This document shows, piece after piece, positions 50,965 through 60,853 of a stretch of DNA of 64,000 nt. Numbering within the stretch: the stretch's first letter is position 1; every line of letters starts with the position of its first letter. Origin of the DNA: Myxococcota bacterium (GTDB lineage: Bacteria; Myxococcota_A; UBA9160; UBA6930); assembly GCA_965223705.1 (NCBI GenBank), contig OZ245015.1:258582-322581 (forward strand), written 5' to 3'. The notes beneath the pieces are model-generated. The model saw nothing but the letters and a program-made list of their open reading frames with translations, had not been told where the DNA came from and did not search any database. The translations under genes and the position numbers were made by a program.

Positions 50965-52182
50965 CTAGCGGGCGGCATGGAATCCCCGCTCGAGGATCGC
51001 CCCGGCTATGACGCGATTGCCTTCGCCTCGAACGTGGCACGGGTCGTGGTACAGCCGCTCCGGCACACCGGCGAACACGTCGCGCAGGTCGACAACGTCA
51101 TTGTGCTGACGCGCAAGCCTCTCGATGTGTGGGCGAACCGCGAGCGTCAGCTCCTTCACCGGCTGCGCCAACCACGGATGATCGAGTAGGCGTTTCTCCT
51201 CGGGCGTCAACGGCTTCGGATCGCCGAACAACTGGGGCTGCCAATAGAAGCGGCTCTCGAAACCGTATCCGTCCCCGAGCGCGCGCACCGTGCGAATTAC
51301 TTGCGAGTACGTCTCGACAACGGAGCGAGCCATGTCTTCGACAGCGATCGCCGGGGCGACAGGGGACCGCCAACGCGTGAGGAGCTTCAGGAGCTCGGTG
51401 TTTCCGATCGCGGCAGCGACGGATGAATCCCGGGAGATCCCCCCGAAGTTCTCGGGAACACCCGTGCGTCCCGTCGCGTAGGCGGAGAAGATTTCGTTGT
51501 AGCCGTCGTAGAAAACGACGACGTCCGGCACGTTGCCTCGTCGCAACTCGAGTGTGAGCTCGATCAGGTTCTGGGTCGAGACCCACGCGCGCTGTGCGAA
51601 GTTCGTCACCCGAACGGGCTGATCCGTATCGGAGGACAACGTTTGCAGATAAGCCGGGATGGTTTCGGCGTCGGTCGCTCCCTCGCCCCACATCGCCGAG
51701 CCGCCGAACGCAAACACACGGACAGGAGTCGTCCGGCCGTCGGGCGACGGCGGAGGGGTCAGCCGCAACCCGTCTTCGCCGATGGTGACGGCTTCCCCTG
51801 CGTACGGTCGACCTCGCCAACCGACGTAGAATGCCTCCGTGACCCCTGTGAGTGAGCCTTCTTCCTGGACCGCGTCGTACTCCGGCATGTCGTCGGTCCA
51901 CAGCAAGCGGTTCGCGACTACCGCACCGAACTCGAGGCCCGCGAGGAGAAGGAGTGTGTTCGCAACGAGGACGGCGGCGGCGACATAGAGGCGAACAAAG
52001 CGTTGTTTCAGCAGGCCCACCGCCAATGTAAAGGCGCCGAGCACAGCGAGTAGAATCCGCGCCTTACTCAGCGGGTCGTGTGTCAGGCCGAGAGCGTTCG
52101 AGAAGAGAGCCACGGCCAGCATCGCGAAACCGACGACAGTCGCGAAGAAAGCCAACCGGTCCGGGAGCTTTTGTTGGGGCAT
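50965..52182 (-). CDS. Membrane-anchored SGNH/GDSL-like hydrolase
   Basis: Three N-terminal TM helices followed by VFAFGGSAMWGEG (block I Ser) and YDGYNE-type blocks. Confidence 0.6.
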   Translation of the reverse strand: MPQQKLPDRLAFFATVVGFAMLAVALFSNALGLTHDPLSKARILLAVLGAFTLAVGLLKQRFVRLYVAAAVLVANTLLLLAGLEFGAVVANRLLWTDDMPEYDAVQEEGSLTGVTEAFYVGWRGRPYAGEAVTIGEDGLRLTPPPSPDGRTTPVRVFAFGGSAMWGEGATDAETIPAYLQTLSSDTDQPVRVTNFAQRAWVSTQNLIELTLELRRGNVPDVVVFYDGYNEIFSAYATGRTGVPENFGGISRDSSVAAAIGNTELLKLLTRWRSPVAPAIAVEDMARSVVETYSQVIRTVRALGDGYGFESRFYWQPQLFGDPKPLTPEEKRLLDHPWLAQPVKELTLAVRPHIERLARQHNDVVDLRDVFAGVPERLYHDPCHVRGEGNRVIAGAILERGFHAAR

Positions 52183-52236
52183 GCCGGAAGATACGCCAAG
52201 GAAACGATTCGACGCGCTCGGCGATGGTCCGGCTCT

Positions 52237-53913
52237 CTATTTCGCAGCGGGCCCAAAAGTTTCTGTGTGAATGCGATTGGCCGGTACGCCGCGCGCTTCG
52301 AGTTGCGATTCGATTGCCGCCATGAAGCCGAGCGGTCCACAGACGTAGAACTCGGCTTCGAGATTGGGGATCAAGGTTTCGAGCAGCCCCCCGTCGACGT
52401 GACCGGCACTTTGGTAGTCCCGACCCCTGAGATCCCCGGCACGGGGTTGGCTGTAGACCGCGTGTACGTTCACGGAAGGAGCGGACCTCGCGAGGCGTTC
52501 TACCTCCTCTCGCAACGCGTGGTGGTCGCCGTCGCGGGCGCCGTGCACAAACCAGACCGGTCGATCCGAGCCCCTTCGGACGAGCGCATGCAACATGCTC
52601 ACAAGGGGAGTCAGGCCGACACCCGCGCTGACGAGCGCCACAGGTCGATCGCTCGACTCGTCGAGCGTGAAGCTGCCTTTCGGTGCCGTTGCGGAGACGA
52701 ATTCGCCCACTGCGAGACGGTCGTGAAGGATTCGGGAGGCGGTACCCAAGTGGTGGCGCTTCACGGTGATGCGATAGAGGGACTCTCCCGACGCATTCGA
52801 CAGGGAATACGTGCGCTGGACACGCGACTCGTGGCCTGGAACTCGAAGCTCGATCGGAAGATGCTGGCCGGGTCGATGCGCGGGGAGCGCCCCGCCGTCT
52901 CGCGCGCTGAAGACAAACGAAGCTACGTCGGCGCTCTCAGCCTGCTTTGCGACCAAGCGGAGTTCGCGCACCGCAGCGCCGGCGGTCTCAAACCGAATTG
53001 GCAGCGAGTGCTCGAGCCAGACCACTTGATCGATCTCGAGGTGGATGAGCCGTCGCGCTCCCGGGTGCTGTCGAAGTCTGTCCGATTCCCAATCGATTCG
53101 GGTGCGGCCTGTGAGTTGAAGAAGATCGCCCCGTTCGAAGTCTACGAACAGAAGGCCCGCCCGCGGGTCCATCGTCAGGTTGCCCAACGTGTTGAAGTGG
53201 TTGTTGCCCGCGTAGTCGGGGAAAACGAGCTCGGTGGGGTTCGATACGGCAACAAAGCCCGGAGTGCCACCCCGATGCGAAGCGTCCATCCCAAAGGCCG
53301 CGTTTTCGCCTTTTGCCCGGAAGCCGGTCGCGATAAAGAACGTGTCGGCTTGTTCGATGAGCTCGCGGTGTCGGTCGGAAAGGCTCGGCGTTCGCGTTAC
53401 AGCGGTCTCCTCTCCCCCCGCTGAAGCGCGCTTCCACCGCCGCTCGGTGATGTATTGCGGACAGTTGCCGAACGACTGTTCGACCGAGAGCGCAAGTCCG
53501 CCGCCTCCGCGTTCCGACACACGCCCGTTGACCCGGTTGCGACGCCGGGTGTCGAGTTCGATCCCGAGGATCCCGACGTCACTGCCGCACGCCAACGCGC
53601 CGGCCAACGCATCGCCAGAGGAAGGTAGGGCGGCGATCTCCAGCGTGCGCGGATCGGGAGAGGAAGCGACGCCGGGTTCCCCAGAGACAAGCGTGGCCCA
53701 CGGACGCCCGGCGGAATCGCGGGCGGCGAGGACAAGGAAAGGAAGCTGCGCGTAGAACGCCCGGTGTTCATCCGGTAGGAAAGGCCGCACGATTCGCTGC
53801 GCCCAAGGCTCGATCTCCTCGCGCACGCCGAGCTTCGTCTGGACGTGCTGTTCGCCCGCGTGAAAAGGTGAAGTCGCGGAATGCGCTAACCGCTCGTCGC
53901 GCCGAATCGCCAT
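52237..53913 (-). CDS. PNPOx-like FMN-binding domain fused to ferredoxin-NADP reductase-type FAD/NAD(P) module
   Basis: N-terminal half with a pyridoxamine-5'-phosphate-oxidase-like pattern. C-terminal RTYSLS (RxYS FAD motif) and GVGLTPLVSM (NAD motif). ATG 53913 chosen so the gene does not run into the tRNA. Confidence 0.7.
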   Translation of the reverse strand: MAIRRDERLAHSATSPFHAGEQHVQTKLGVREEIEPWAQRIVRPFLPDEHRAFYAQLPFLVLAARDSAGRPWATLVSGEPGVASSPDPRTLEIAALPSSGDALAGALACGSDVGILGIELDTRRRNRVNGRVSERGGGGLALSVEQSFGNCPQYITERRWKRASAGGEETAVTRTPSLSDRHRELIEQADTFFIATGFRAKGENAAFGMDASHRGGTPGFVAVSNPTELVFPDYAGNNHFNTLGNLTMDPRAGLLFVDFERGDLLQLTGRTRIDWESDRLRQHPGARRLIHLEIDQVVWLEHSLPIRFETAGAAVRELRLVAKQAESADVASFVFSARDGGALPAHRPGQHLPIELRVPGHESRVQRTYSLSNASGESLYRITVKRHHLGTASRILHDRLAVGEFVSATAPKGSFTLDESSDRPVALVSAGVGLTPLVSMLHALVRRGSDRPVWFVHGARDGDHHALREEVERLARSAPSVNVHAVYSQPRAGDLRGRDYQSAGHVDGGLLETLIPNLEAEFYVCGPLGFMAAIESQLEARGVPANRIHTETFGPAAK

Positions 53914-54009
53914 GGTGACGCCTCTCTCGGCTATGGTACGAAAAGGATGGGTGCCAGGTTTCGCACCCACGAACCGACCCTGCGGTATGGTCAATTTGAG
54001 ACGCATCGC

Positions 54010-54082
54010 GGGCCCTTAGCTCAGTGGTTAGAGCAACCGGCTCATAACCGGACGGTCCCTGGTTCGAGTCCAGGAGGGCCCA
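54010..54082 (+). tRNA. tRNA with CAT anticodon (elongator Met or, more likely by resemblance, lysidine-type Ile2)
   Basis: Cloverleaf: acceptor GGGCCCT/AGGGCCC, D arm GCTC-AGTGGTTA-GAGC, anticodon loop CTCATAA, T arm CCTGG-TTCGAGT-CCAGG, discriminator A. CCA is not encoded. G1-C72 is paired, so it is not an initiator. The D-loop and acceptor resemble E. coli ileX as recalled. Confidence 0.9.
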
Positions 54083-54104
54083 CCGCTAACGGACTGATCC
54101 TTCC

Positions 54105-54566
54105 TTACTCGTTGCGTGAGGCGACGCGCCAGTAGCGCATCGGAGGACCTTCGCCGGGTTGGCGGGGCGGGAACTCGTACTTTTCCGCGTAAGCGGCCCG
54201 GAGCGCGGCGATCGTCGCTTCGTCGTCGAGTGGCGCGAGGGTCGCCTCGTAGACCTTGTCGTCGATTCCGAGTCTCACGTCCGGTTCGGTCGCGACCCAA
54301 CCCGGCCAGTTCTTCTCGTCGGGATCTCGCGCTGCGACGTAGAGCACACCGTCGACGGCGACACACCAAATCGTGACGGAATGCGCCAGCAGGTAGGGGG
54401 TCGCGACTTCGATTGCGATCTCGCGGTGCGCGTCGGTGAAGCTCCAGTCGCTCGGAAAGTCGGCGGACTCACCCGAGAGCCAGAGCCCCGGGCGGCGGTC
54501 GTCCGGTGGGATGCAGCCGAGTGCAAAGGCTGCGACGGCGATGAGCAGGATGGCTGAGCGGAACAT
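54105..54566 (-). CDS. Putative lipoprotein, unknown function
   Basis: MFRSAILLIAVAAFALGC lipobox signal. 153 aa. Confidence 0.6.
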   Translation of the reverse strand: MFRSAILLIAVAAFALGCIPPDDRRPGLWLSGESADFPSDWSFTDAHREIAIEVATPYLLAHSVTIWCVAVDGVLYVAARDPDEKNWPGWVATEPDVRLGIDDKVYEATLAPLDDEATIAALRAAYAEKYEFPPRQPGEGPPMRYWRVASRNE

Positions 54567-54740
54567 GCGTCCTCCGGTCCCTCTCTATTGTACGCCGTTG
54601 GTAAAGTTGTCATCGATTTTAAGATCCCCGAGCACCGAAACGAGGCTGGTCTCGAGATGGGCTGACCATACGCAATCGAGCGACGCGTTGGGTGTAAGCT
54701 TTCGACTGCAACTACGGTTGCCTAGCCCGCGGGAGGCCCG

Positions 54741-55856
54741 ATGAGCACGACCAACCGAGAACTTCCCCGCGGCGTTCCGACCGACCAATCCGCGGGTGCG
54801 CCGGAAGCTCCGATCGAGCTCGGCGTCGACGCGACCCGCGATTTCACGAGGGATGCGTTTCGAGCTGGTGGCATGTCGGAAGACGATTCCGAACTCATGG
54901 CGACCAACATGCTGTGGGCGGATCTGCGGGGGATCGACACCCACGGCGTGCAGCGCGTGTCTTGGTACCTCAAGTGGTTCGAGGACGATCTCGCGAGTCC
55001 GACGGCGAGCATGGAAGTTCTTCAGGAAGGCCCCGCGTTTCTATTGGGGGATGGGCACTCGGGACTCGGCCAGGTCGTAGCGACGCGGTTCGCCGATCGT
55101 GTCATCGAGAAAGCGAAGCGCGACGGGTTGTGTCTCGGCTTGCTGCGCAACTCGAACGATTGGGGCTGCGGCGCTTGGTATCCGTGCCGCGCCGTCGACG
55201 CGGGGCTCCTCGGGCTCGCCATGACGACTTCGGTTCCCACGCTTGCGCCGTGGGGGAGTCGGCGTCGGCTCTTCGGCAACAACCCGATCGCGTGCGCATT
55301 TCCGCGCCGCCCTCCGGAGCGCCCGATCGTCTACGACGCGGCGCTCACGCCGGTGGCTTTGGGCAAAGTGTTGCGAGCGAGCGCCGAGGGGAAGGAGATC
55401 CCTCTCGACTGGGGCTTTCGAGACCACGCGGGCGAACCGACGCGCGATCCCGGCGAGGCGATCGCTGGAATCATTCCCGCGATCGGCAACTACAAAGGCA
55501 CCGGCCTGGCGCTAGTCACGAACGTCCTGGCGGGCGTGCTCTCCGGGAGCGCACACAGCAAGGACGTCGATGTGGGCAAGCGCGGGCAATTCTTCCTCTT
55601 CATCGATCCGGGGCGTGTCGGCGAGCTCGCGCACTACGAAACGGCGATCGAAGAGCTCGTCTCGCAGATGCGCTCGGCTGGGCGCGGAGAGGACGTGCTC
55701 GCAGGGCAGGAGGTCTTGCTCCCCGGGGAGCCCGAGTGGAGAAACTACGACGCCCGCACGTCGGCGGGCCGAGTCGTCTATCCTGCATCGGTCGTTCAGA
55801 GTCTTGACCGGGTCGCTGCGCGGCTCGAGATCGAACCGGTGCGAAAGCGAGTATGA
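54741..55856 (+). CDS. Ldh_2 family (malate/L-lactate/sulfolactate dehydrogenase type 2) oxidoreductase
   Basis: DLRGIDTHGVQR, GNNPIA and GNYKGTGLAL motifs of the Ldh_2 family. Confidence 0.8.
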   Translation: MSTTNRELPRGVPTDQSAGAPEAPIELGVDATRDFTRDAFRAGGMSEDDSELMATNMLWADLRGIDTHGVQRVSWYLKWFEDDLASPTASMEVLQEGPAFLLGDGHSGLGQVVATRFADRVIEKAKRDGLCLGLLRNSNDWGCGAWYPCRAVDAGLLGLAMTTSVPTLAPWGSRRRLFGNNPIACAFPRRPPERPIVYDAALTPVALGKVLRASAEGKEIPLDWGFRDHAGEPTRDPGEAIAGIIPAIGNYKGTGLALVTNVLAGVLSGSAHSKDVDVGKRGQFFLFIDPGRVGELAHYETAIEELVSQMRSAGRGEDVLAGQEVLLPGEPEWRNYDARTSAGRVVYPASVVQSLDRVAARLEIEPVRKRV

Positions 55857-56998
55857 CCATGCGGTACTTCTCTTTTGATTCTCACGTCGTCGAAGCGCGG
55901 GAAGTCTTCGAAGGGCTCGAAGGCCAGTTCGGCCATCGTGCACCGCGCATCGAGCGCGATTGGAAGGGTCGACCCGGCGATTGGGTCGTGCTGCCGAGCG
56001 GGCCGCCGATCCCGGTAGGGCGCCTCGGTATCGCGGGCAACCGACTCGACGACCCGAAGACCACCGAACGCATCGCGCTCGGCTATTCGGGGCTCAACCC
56101 CGGCGTACGCGATCCGCACAAGCGACTCGACGAGCAAGAGCAAGACGGGATCGTCGGCGAAGTGATGTACCCGAGCATCAATATGTTTACGTTCGCGATC
56201 CCCGATCGCGACGTCGCGAAGACCGTCTTTGAACGGCACAACGATTGGATTGTCGACTACTGCTCGCCGGACCGCGACCGTTTGATCGGAATCGGCTGCC
56301 TGCCGATCCCGGACGTCGACGCGGCGCTCGCGGAAATGACCCGGGCTGCGGATCGGGGCGTGCGCGGCTTTGCGATACCGGCCCACGTCTCGCCGGACAA
56401 GCCGTATTGCCATCCCGACTACGATCGGTTCTGGGCGGCCGCGCAAGATTTCGGTGTGCCGCTGACGATGCACATCTTTACGGGTACTTCCCTCGACGGT
56501 GGGATGCCGCCGCATTGGGGGTTACCTGCGACCACGATCAAGGGCTACACGCTGTCGATGACGTCTGCGATCAACACCCTGATCGATCTCACGTGTGGCG
56601 GCGTGTGCGAGCGCTTTCCGAAACTGAAACTCGTCTTTAGCGAATACGAGATCGGGTGGGTCGCTCACGTCCTGCAGCGCCTCGATCACGCATACTACCG
56701 CGCGCCGGAATACGCCGCGGAAGGCTTGTCGCTCAAGCCGTCGGAATACTTCCGGCGCCAGATGTACGTGACCTTCGAAGACGATGAGATCGGGATCCTC
56801 ACGCGACATCACATCGGCGTCGATCGCATGCTCTGGGGCAACGACTACCCGCACCACGACGCCATCTGGCCGCACTCGATGGAGACGCTCGACCGAATCC
56901 TGACGGACGTGTCGGAAGAGGAGCGCGTCAAGCTCTGCTGGTCGAACGGACTGGAGCTCTACGGGATCGACCCGGCGAAGCTTCCGCAGCCGAGTTGA
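55853..56998 (+). CDS. Amidohydrolase_2 (ACMSD-like decarboxylase/hydrolase) family protein
   Basis: FDSHV at the N-terminus and MLWGNDYPHHD at the C-terminus, the metal-ligand pattern of amidohydrolase_2. ATGA overlap with the upstream gene. Confidence 0.8.
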   Translation: MTMRYFSFDSHVVEAREVFEGLEGQFGHRAPRIERDWKGRPGDWVVLPSGPPIPVGRLGIAGNRLDDPKTTERIALGYSGLNPGVRDPHKRLDEQEQDGIVGEVMYPSINMFTFAIPDRDVAKTVFERHNDWIVDYCSPDRDRLIGIGCLPIPDVDAALAEMTRAADRGVRGFAIPAHVSPDKPYCHPDYDRFWAAAQDFGVPLTMHIFTGTSLDGGMPPHWGLPATTIKGYTLSMTSAINTLIDLTCGGVCERFPKLKLVFSEYEIGWVAHVLQRLDHAYYRAPEYAAEGLSLKPSEYFRRQMYVTFEDDEIGILTRHHIGVDRMLWGNDYPHHDAIWPHSMETLDRILTDVSEEERVKLCWSNGLELYGIDPAKLPQPS

Positions 56999-57969
56999 GC
57001 GTGTACGGGCTCACGCTCGCTCTCCTTCTGGCGAGCCAATCGGCTTTTGCCGACGCCGACCGCCACCGGGTCGAGACTCTCGAAGTCACGATTCTCTCGA
57101 CCATGCTGGCGGATTCCCGCGGCCTGGGAGAATGGGGATTTGCAGCCATCGTCGAGGCGGACGGGTTTCCCGTTCTCTACGACACCGGCTACCGCGAAAA
57201 AACCGTGCTCGACAACGCTGCCGAACTCGGCGTCGAGCTTTCCTCGGTCGAGCACGTCGTGCTGAGTCACAACCACGGCGATCACACGGGAGGACTTCTC
57301 ACCTTGCGTCGGGAGTTACGCGCTGAGAATCCCGCGGCGCTTTCGATCGCTCACGTCGGCGCGGGGCTGTTCGCACCGCGGCGGTTCCCGCCGCGCTTGG
57401 CGGAGATCGGTTTTCACTTCCCGGATATGAACGATGTCCGGGACCAGTACGAAGCCCAGGGCGGCGAAGTGCACGTCCACAGCCAACCGGTGGAACTCGC
57501 TCCCGGGGTGTGGCTGACGGGGCCGGTCCCGCGCGAGCATGAAGAACGAAACTGGTCGCCGGGCGTGCGCGTCGAGAAGGAAGGGAGCTTCCACCCGGAC
57601 GAAGTTCTCGAAGACTCGGCTCTCGCGATCGCGACGGAAAAGGGCCTGGTCGTGATCACGGGTTGTGGGCACGCTGGCGTGATCAACATCTTGGACTACG
57701 CGCGGAAAATCACCGGCGAAGCCACCGTCCACGCGGTCATCGGCGGGCTTCACTTGTTCGCGGCGGACGACACGACACTCGATTGGACGGCTGAGAACCT
57801 CAAGCGCAACGGGGTGCAGAGTCTGACCGGTGCTCATTGCACCGGTCTCCACGCACTCTACCGATTGCGCGACCGGCTGGGGCTTCCGCGCAGTCAAGCG
57901 GTGGTCGGCGTCGTCGGAGGGCGCTTCACGTTGGCGGAAGGGATCGATCCGCTGCGCGTCGCGCGCTGA
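56995..57969 (+). CDS. Secreted metallo-beta-lactamase-fold hydrolase
   Basis: Signal-like LTLALLLASQSAFA, the HxHxDH motif LSHNHGDHTGG and a later GCGHAG. TTGA overlap with the upstream gene. Confidence 0.8.
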   Translation: MSVYGLTLALLLASQSAFADADRHRVETLEVTILSTMLADSRGLGEWGFAAIVEADGFPVLYDTGYREKTVLDNAAELGVELSSVEHVVLSHNHGDHTGGLLTLRRELRAENPAALSIAHVGAGLFAPRRFPPRLAEIGFHFPDMNDVRDQYEAQGGEVHVHSQPVELAPGVWLTGPVPREHEERNWSPGVRVEKEGSFHPDEVLEDSALAIATEKGLVVITGCGHAGVINILDYARKITGEATVHAVIGGLHLFAADDTTLDWTAENLKRNGVQSLTGAHCTGLHALYRLRDRLGLPRSQAVVGVVGGRFTLAEGIDPLRVAR

Positions 57970-57980
57970 CCCGCGGAGCG

Positions 57981-58454
57981 CTAGGCGCGCACTCTCTCAC
58001 CGAGGATCGCCTGAAACACCTTGAGGGTCTTGCGCTGCGGATAGTCGTCGAGAATCTGGCGAGCGAAGCGCGCGAGGCCCGGACGCTGGCGAAGCATCAC
58101 GACGGCATCCTGGCACATCAGGTCGAATGTGTGTCGGTTCAGCAGGCCGAGGTCGAACGCGTTCTCGGCGCCCTGCCAGGTGTTCATCAGCGACGCCGCG
58201 TAGGCTGCCGCCTGCTCCTCCTCGGCGCGATTGAGGTTCGTCGTGGTTCGGAGCTTCGCGAGAAGCTCCGCGTGCTCGGGGTTCGCGAGGACGATCTCGT
58301 GATTGCGGTTGAAGTTCACGACGGTCATCAACATCAAGTTCGCCGCCGCTTGCTTGGTGCTTTGGCGCACCTGCACCGCCAAGTAGAGGAGCGTCGCGAC
58401 TACGGCGACGCCACCCACCAGCTCGCCGAGTGCGCCCAATTCCATGAGATTCAT
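57981..58454 (-). CDS. Small single-pass membrane protein, unknown function
   Basis: ATG 58454 follows GGAGG. It has an N-terminal TM (LGELVGGVAVVATLLYLAV). The upstream part of track ORF 57981..58883 overlaps the RND gene and was discarded. Confidence 0.5.
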   Translation of the reverse strand: MNLMELGALGELVGGVAVVATLLYLAVQVRQSTKQAAANLMLMTVVNFNRNHEIVLANPEHAELLAKLRTTTNLNRAEEEQAAAYAASLMNTWQGAENAFDLGLLNRHTFDLMCQDAVVMLRQRPGLARFARQILDDYPQRKTLKVFQAILGERVRA

Positions 58455-58493
58455 GCTGTCCTCCGTCGATTCGTAGCCTGATCCTCGCACGCT

Positions 58494-60845
58494 ATGATCC
58501 CGCCGCAAATCATGGAAACCGCCAAAGCTTCTCATTCCCGCGCGGATCGCGCTGTGGTCGCGTACGCCGAAGCCATCCTGCGCTGGCGCTGGCTCGTCAT
58601 GGCGCTGGCCCTCGGAGTGGCCGCTTGCGCAGGCTATGGCGCGCGTTACGCCGTCGTCGTCTCGGACTACCGGTACGAGTTCACCGAAGGAAACCCCCAG
58701 CTGGTCGCGTTCGAAACGATGGAACGCGTGTACGGCAAGAACGATACGGTGATCTTCTTCGTCGTGCCGGAAACCGGCGACGTGTTCAACCGGGAGACGC
58801 TGTCGGCGATCTATTGGTTGACCGAGGAAGCCTGGCAGCTTCCGTATTCGCGTCGCGTGGACTCCCTCGCGAACTATCAGCACACCGAAGCAGACGGCGA
58901 TGACCTCGAAGTGATGGATCTCATCGAGGATCCCGACGAGCTCGATTCCGCGGCGTTGGCGCGTCTACGCGATATCGCACTCTCCGAGCCCCAGCTCCGG
59001 GGTAGAGTCGTTCCCGCCGACGGCTCGGGCACCTCGGTCGCTGTCACCATCCACTTCCCCGACGAAGGAAGCGGCCACGAACTCGCGCTCGCTTCGGAGG
59101 CGAGGAAGCTCGTCGCTCGAGCCGAGGAGCGGTTCCCCGGCCATCGCGTCGCATTGTCGGGTTTGGTTCCGTTTTCGGCCGCGTACGAAGAAGCGAGTCG
59201 CCACGACCTGGTGACGCTCGTGCCGCTGATGTACGCGGTGCTCGTCATCACGCTCTTCTTGTTCCTGCGATCGACCTGGGGAACCGTCGGGACCCTCATC
59301 GTCGCGGCGCTCTCAGCGATCAGCGGTATGGGCTTGGGCTTTTGGGCCGGGATCCCGTTCACTCAGGGCGCTGCCGTCGCCCCGACCATTATTCTGACGA
59401 TCGCGATCGCCGACGGCGTCCACATCCTCGTCACGTTCGTCAAGGAGCGTCGCAGCGGGCAGGATCATCACGCGGCTCTCGTCGAGAGCCTCCGCGTGAA
59501 CTGGCAGCCCGTGTTCTTGACGAGCCTCACCACGGTGATCGGCTTCTTGAGCCTGAACGCGAGCGATAGCAGCTGGTTCCGCGACCTCGGAAACTTCACG
59601 GCCCTGGGCGTGTGCGCCGCGTGGTTCTTCTCGGTCACGTTCTTGCCGGCGTTCGTGTCGCTCGTGCCGTATCCAATCCACGCCGAGCGACACGTCGGTG
59701 GGCTCTCGATGGAGCGCTACGCGAACTGGATGATCGGGCATCGGCGGCCCATTCTCGGCGCGATGGTCATCCTTTTGGTCGTGATGGCTGTCCTGATACC
59801 GCGAATCGAGCTGAACGACACGTTCACCAGCATGTTCGACGAAGACGTGCCGTTTCGGCAGGACCTCGAGTTCATGTCCGAGCGCCTCCCCGGTATCTAC
59901 ATGTTCCAGTACTCGCTCGCTGCGGACGGATCCGATGAGATCAATGAACCGGTCTATTGGGAGCAACTCGAAACGTTCGTCGATTGGTTGCGCGCACAAC
60001 CCGAAGTGACGCACGTGCAGATTCTCTCGGACACCATGAAGCGTCTCAACCGCAACATGCACGGTGATGATCCCAGTGCCTATCACCTCCCGACGGAGCG
60101 GGATCGCTCTGCGCAGTATCTTCTGCTCTACGAGATGTCACTGCCCTACGGGCTCGACCTCAACAACCAGATCAACGTCGACAAGTCCGCCACGAAAGTG
60201 ACGGTGACGATCCATTCGCTGTCGTCGAAGGAGATGCGCGAGTTCGACTACCGCATTCAAGCGTGGCTTCGTGAGAACGCGCCGCCGGCGATGCACGTCG
60301 CCGGGGCGAGCCCGACGTTGATGTTCGCGCACATGTCCGAGCGCAACGTGCAGGCCATGATCCGCGGCACGGCACTGGCGCTCGTGCTGATTTCCGCCAT
60401 GTTGGCGATCTCGCTTCGGAGCGCGAAGCTTGGCTTGCTGAGCCTCATTCCGAACGTCGGCCCAACGGTGATCGCTTTCGGCGTCTGGGCGCTTCTCATC
60501 GGCCAAGCGGGGTTCTCGGTCTCGATGGTCTCCGCGTGCAGTCTCGGAATTATCGTCGATGCCACCGTGCACTTTCTGAGCAAATACCTGCGCGCGCGGC
60601 GGGAGCGGGCGGCGAACGCCGAAGAGGCGGTGCGCTACGCCATCTCGACCGTCGGCGCAGCGCTGTGGATCACGTTTCTGGTGCTCATTGTCGGCTTTGC
60701 GGTTCTCAGCCTGTCACCGATCGAGACGAACTCGCTCTTCGGTTTGATGATTGCGATTACGATCGGCGCCGCTCTGCTGACTTCGTTCTTGCTGTTGCCG
60801 ACGCTGTTGATCCAGATCGAGGGCGAGGAAGGCCGCCTGGTCTAG
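58494..60845 (+). CDS. RND-superfamily exporter (MMPL/HpnN-like, two 6-TM bundles with periplasmic loops)
   Basis: 783 aa with duplicated topology. It carries SSD-like TM clusters (GIPFTQGAAVAPTIILTIAIADGVHI; GLLSLIPNVGPTVIAFGVWALL). Confidence 0.85.
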   Translation: MIPPQIMETAKASHSRADRAVVAYAEAILRWRWLVMALALGVAACAGYGARYAVVVSDYRYEFTEGNPQLVAFETMERVYGKNDTVIFFVVPETGDVFNRETLSAIYWLTEEAWQLPYSRRVDSLANYQHTEADGDDLEVMDLIEDPDELDSAALARLRDIALSEPQLRGRVVPADGSGTSVAVTIHFPDEGSGHELALASEARKLVARAEERFPGHRVALSGLVPFSAAYEEASRHDLVTLVPLMYAVLVITLFLFLRSTWGTVGTLIVAALSAISGMGLGFWAGIPFTQGAAVAPTIILTIAIADGVHILVTFVKERRSGQDHHAALVESLRVNWQPVFLTSLTTVIGFLSLNASDSSWFRDLGNFTALGVCAAWFFSVTFLPAFVSLVPYPIHAERHVGGLSMERYANWMIGHRRPILGAMVILLVVMAVLIPRIELNDTFTSMFDEDVPFRQDLEFMSERLPGIYMFQYSLAADGSDEINEPVYWEQLETFVDWLRAQPEVTHVQILSDTMKRLNRNMHGDDPSAYHLPTERDRSAQYLLLYEMSLPYGLDLNNQINVDKSATKVTVTIHSLSSKEMREFDYRIQAWLRENAPPAMHVAGASPTLMFAHMSERNVQAMIRGTALALVLISAMLAISLRSAKLGLLSLIPNVGPTVIAFGVWALLIGQAGFSVSMVSACSLGIIVDATVHFLSKYLRARRERAANAEEAVRYAISTVGAALWITFLVLIVGFAVLSLSPIETNSLFGLMIAITIGAALLTSFLLLPTLLIQIEGEEGRLV

Positions 60846-60853
60846 TGATGGGC

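Noticed and set aside
54083-58500. Genomic island integrated at the tRNA
   Set aside because: No integrase or recombinase gene is present, no direct repeat of the tRNA 3' end was seen, and the gene content is metabolic. I keep it only as a low-interest note.
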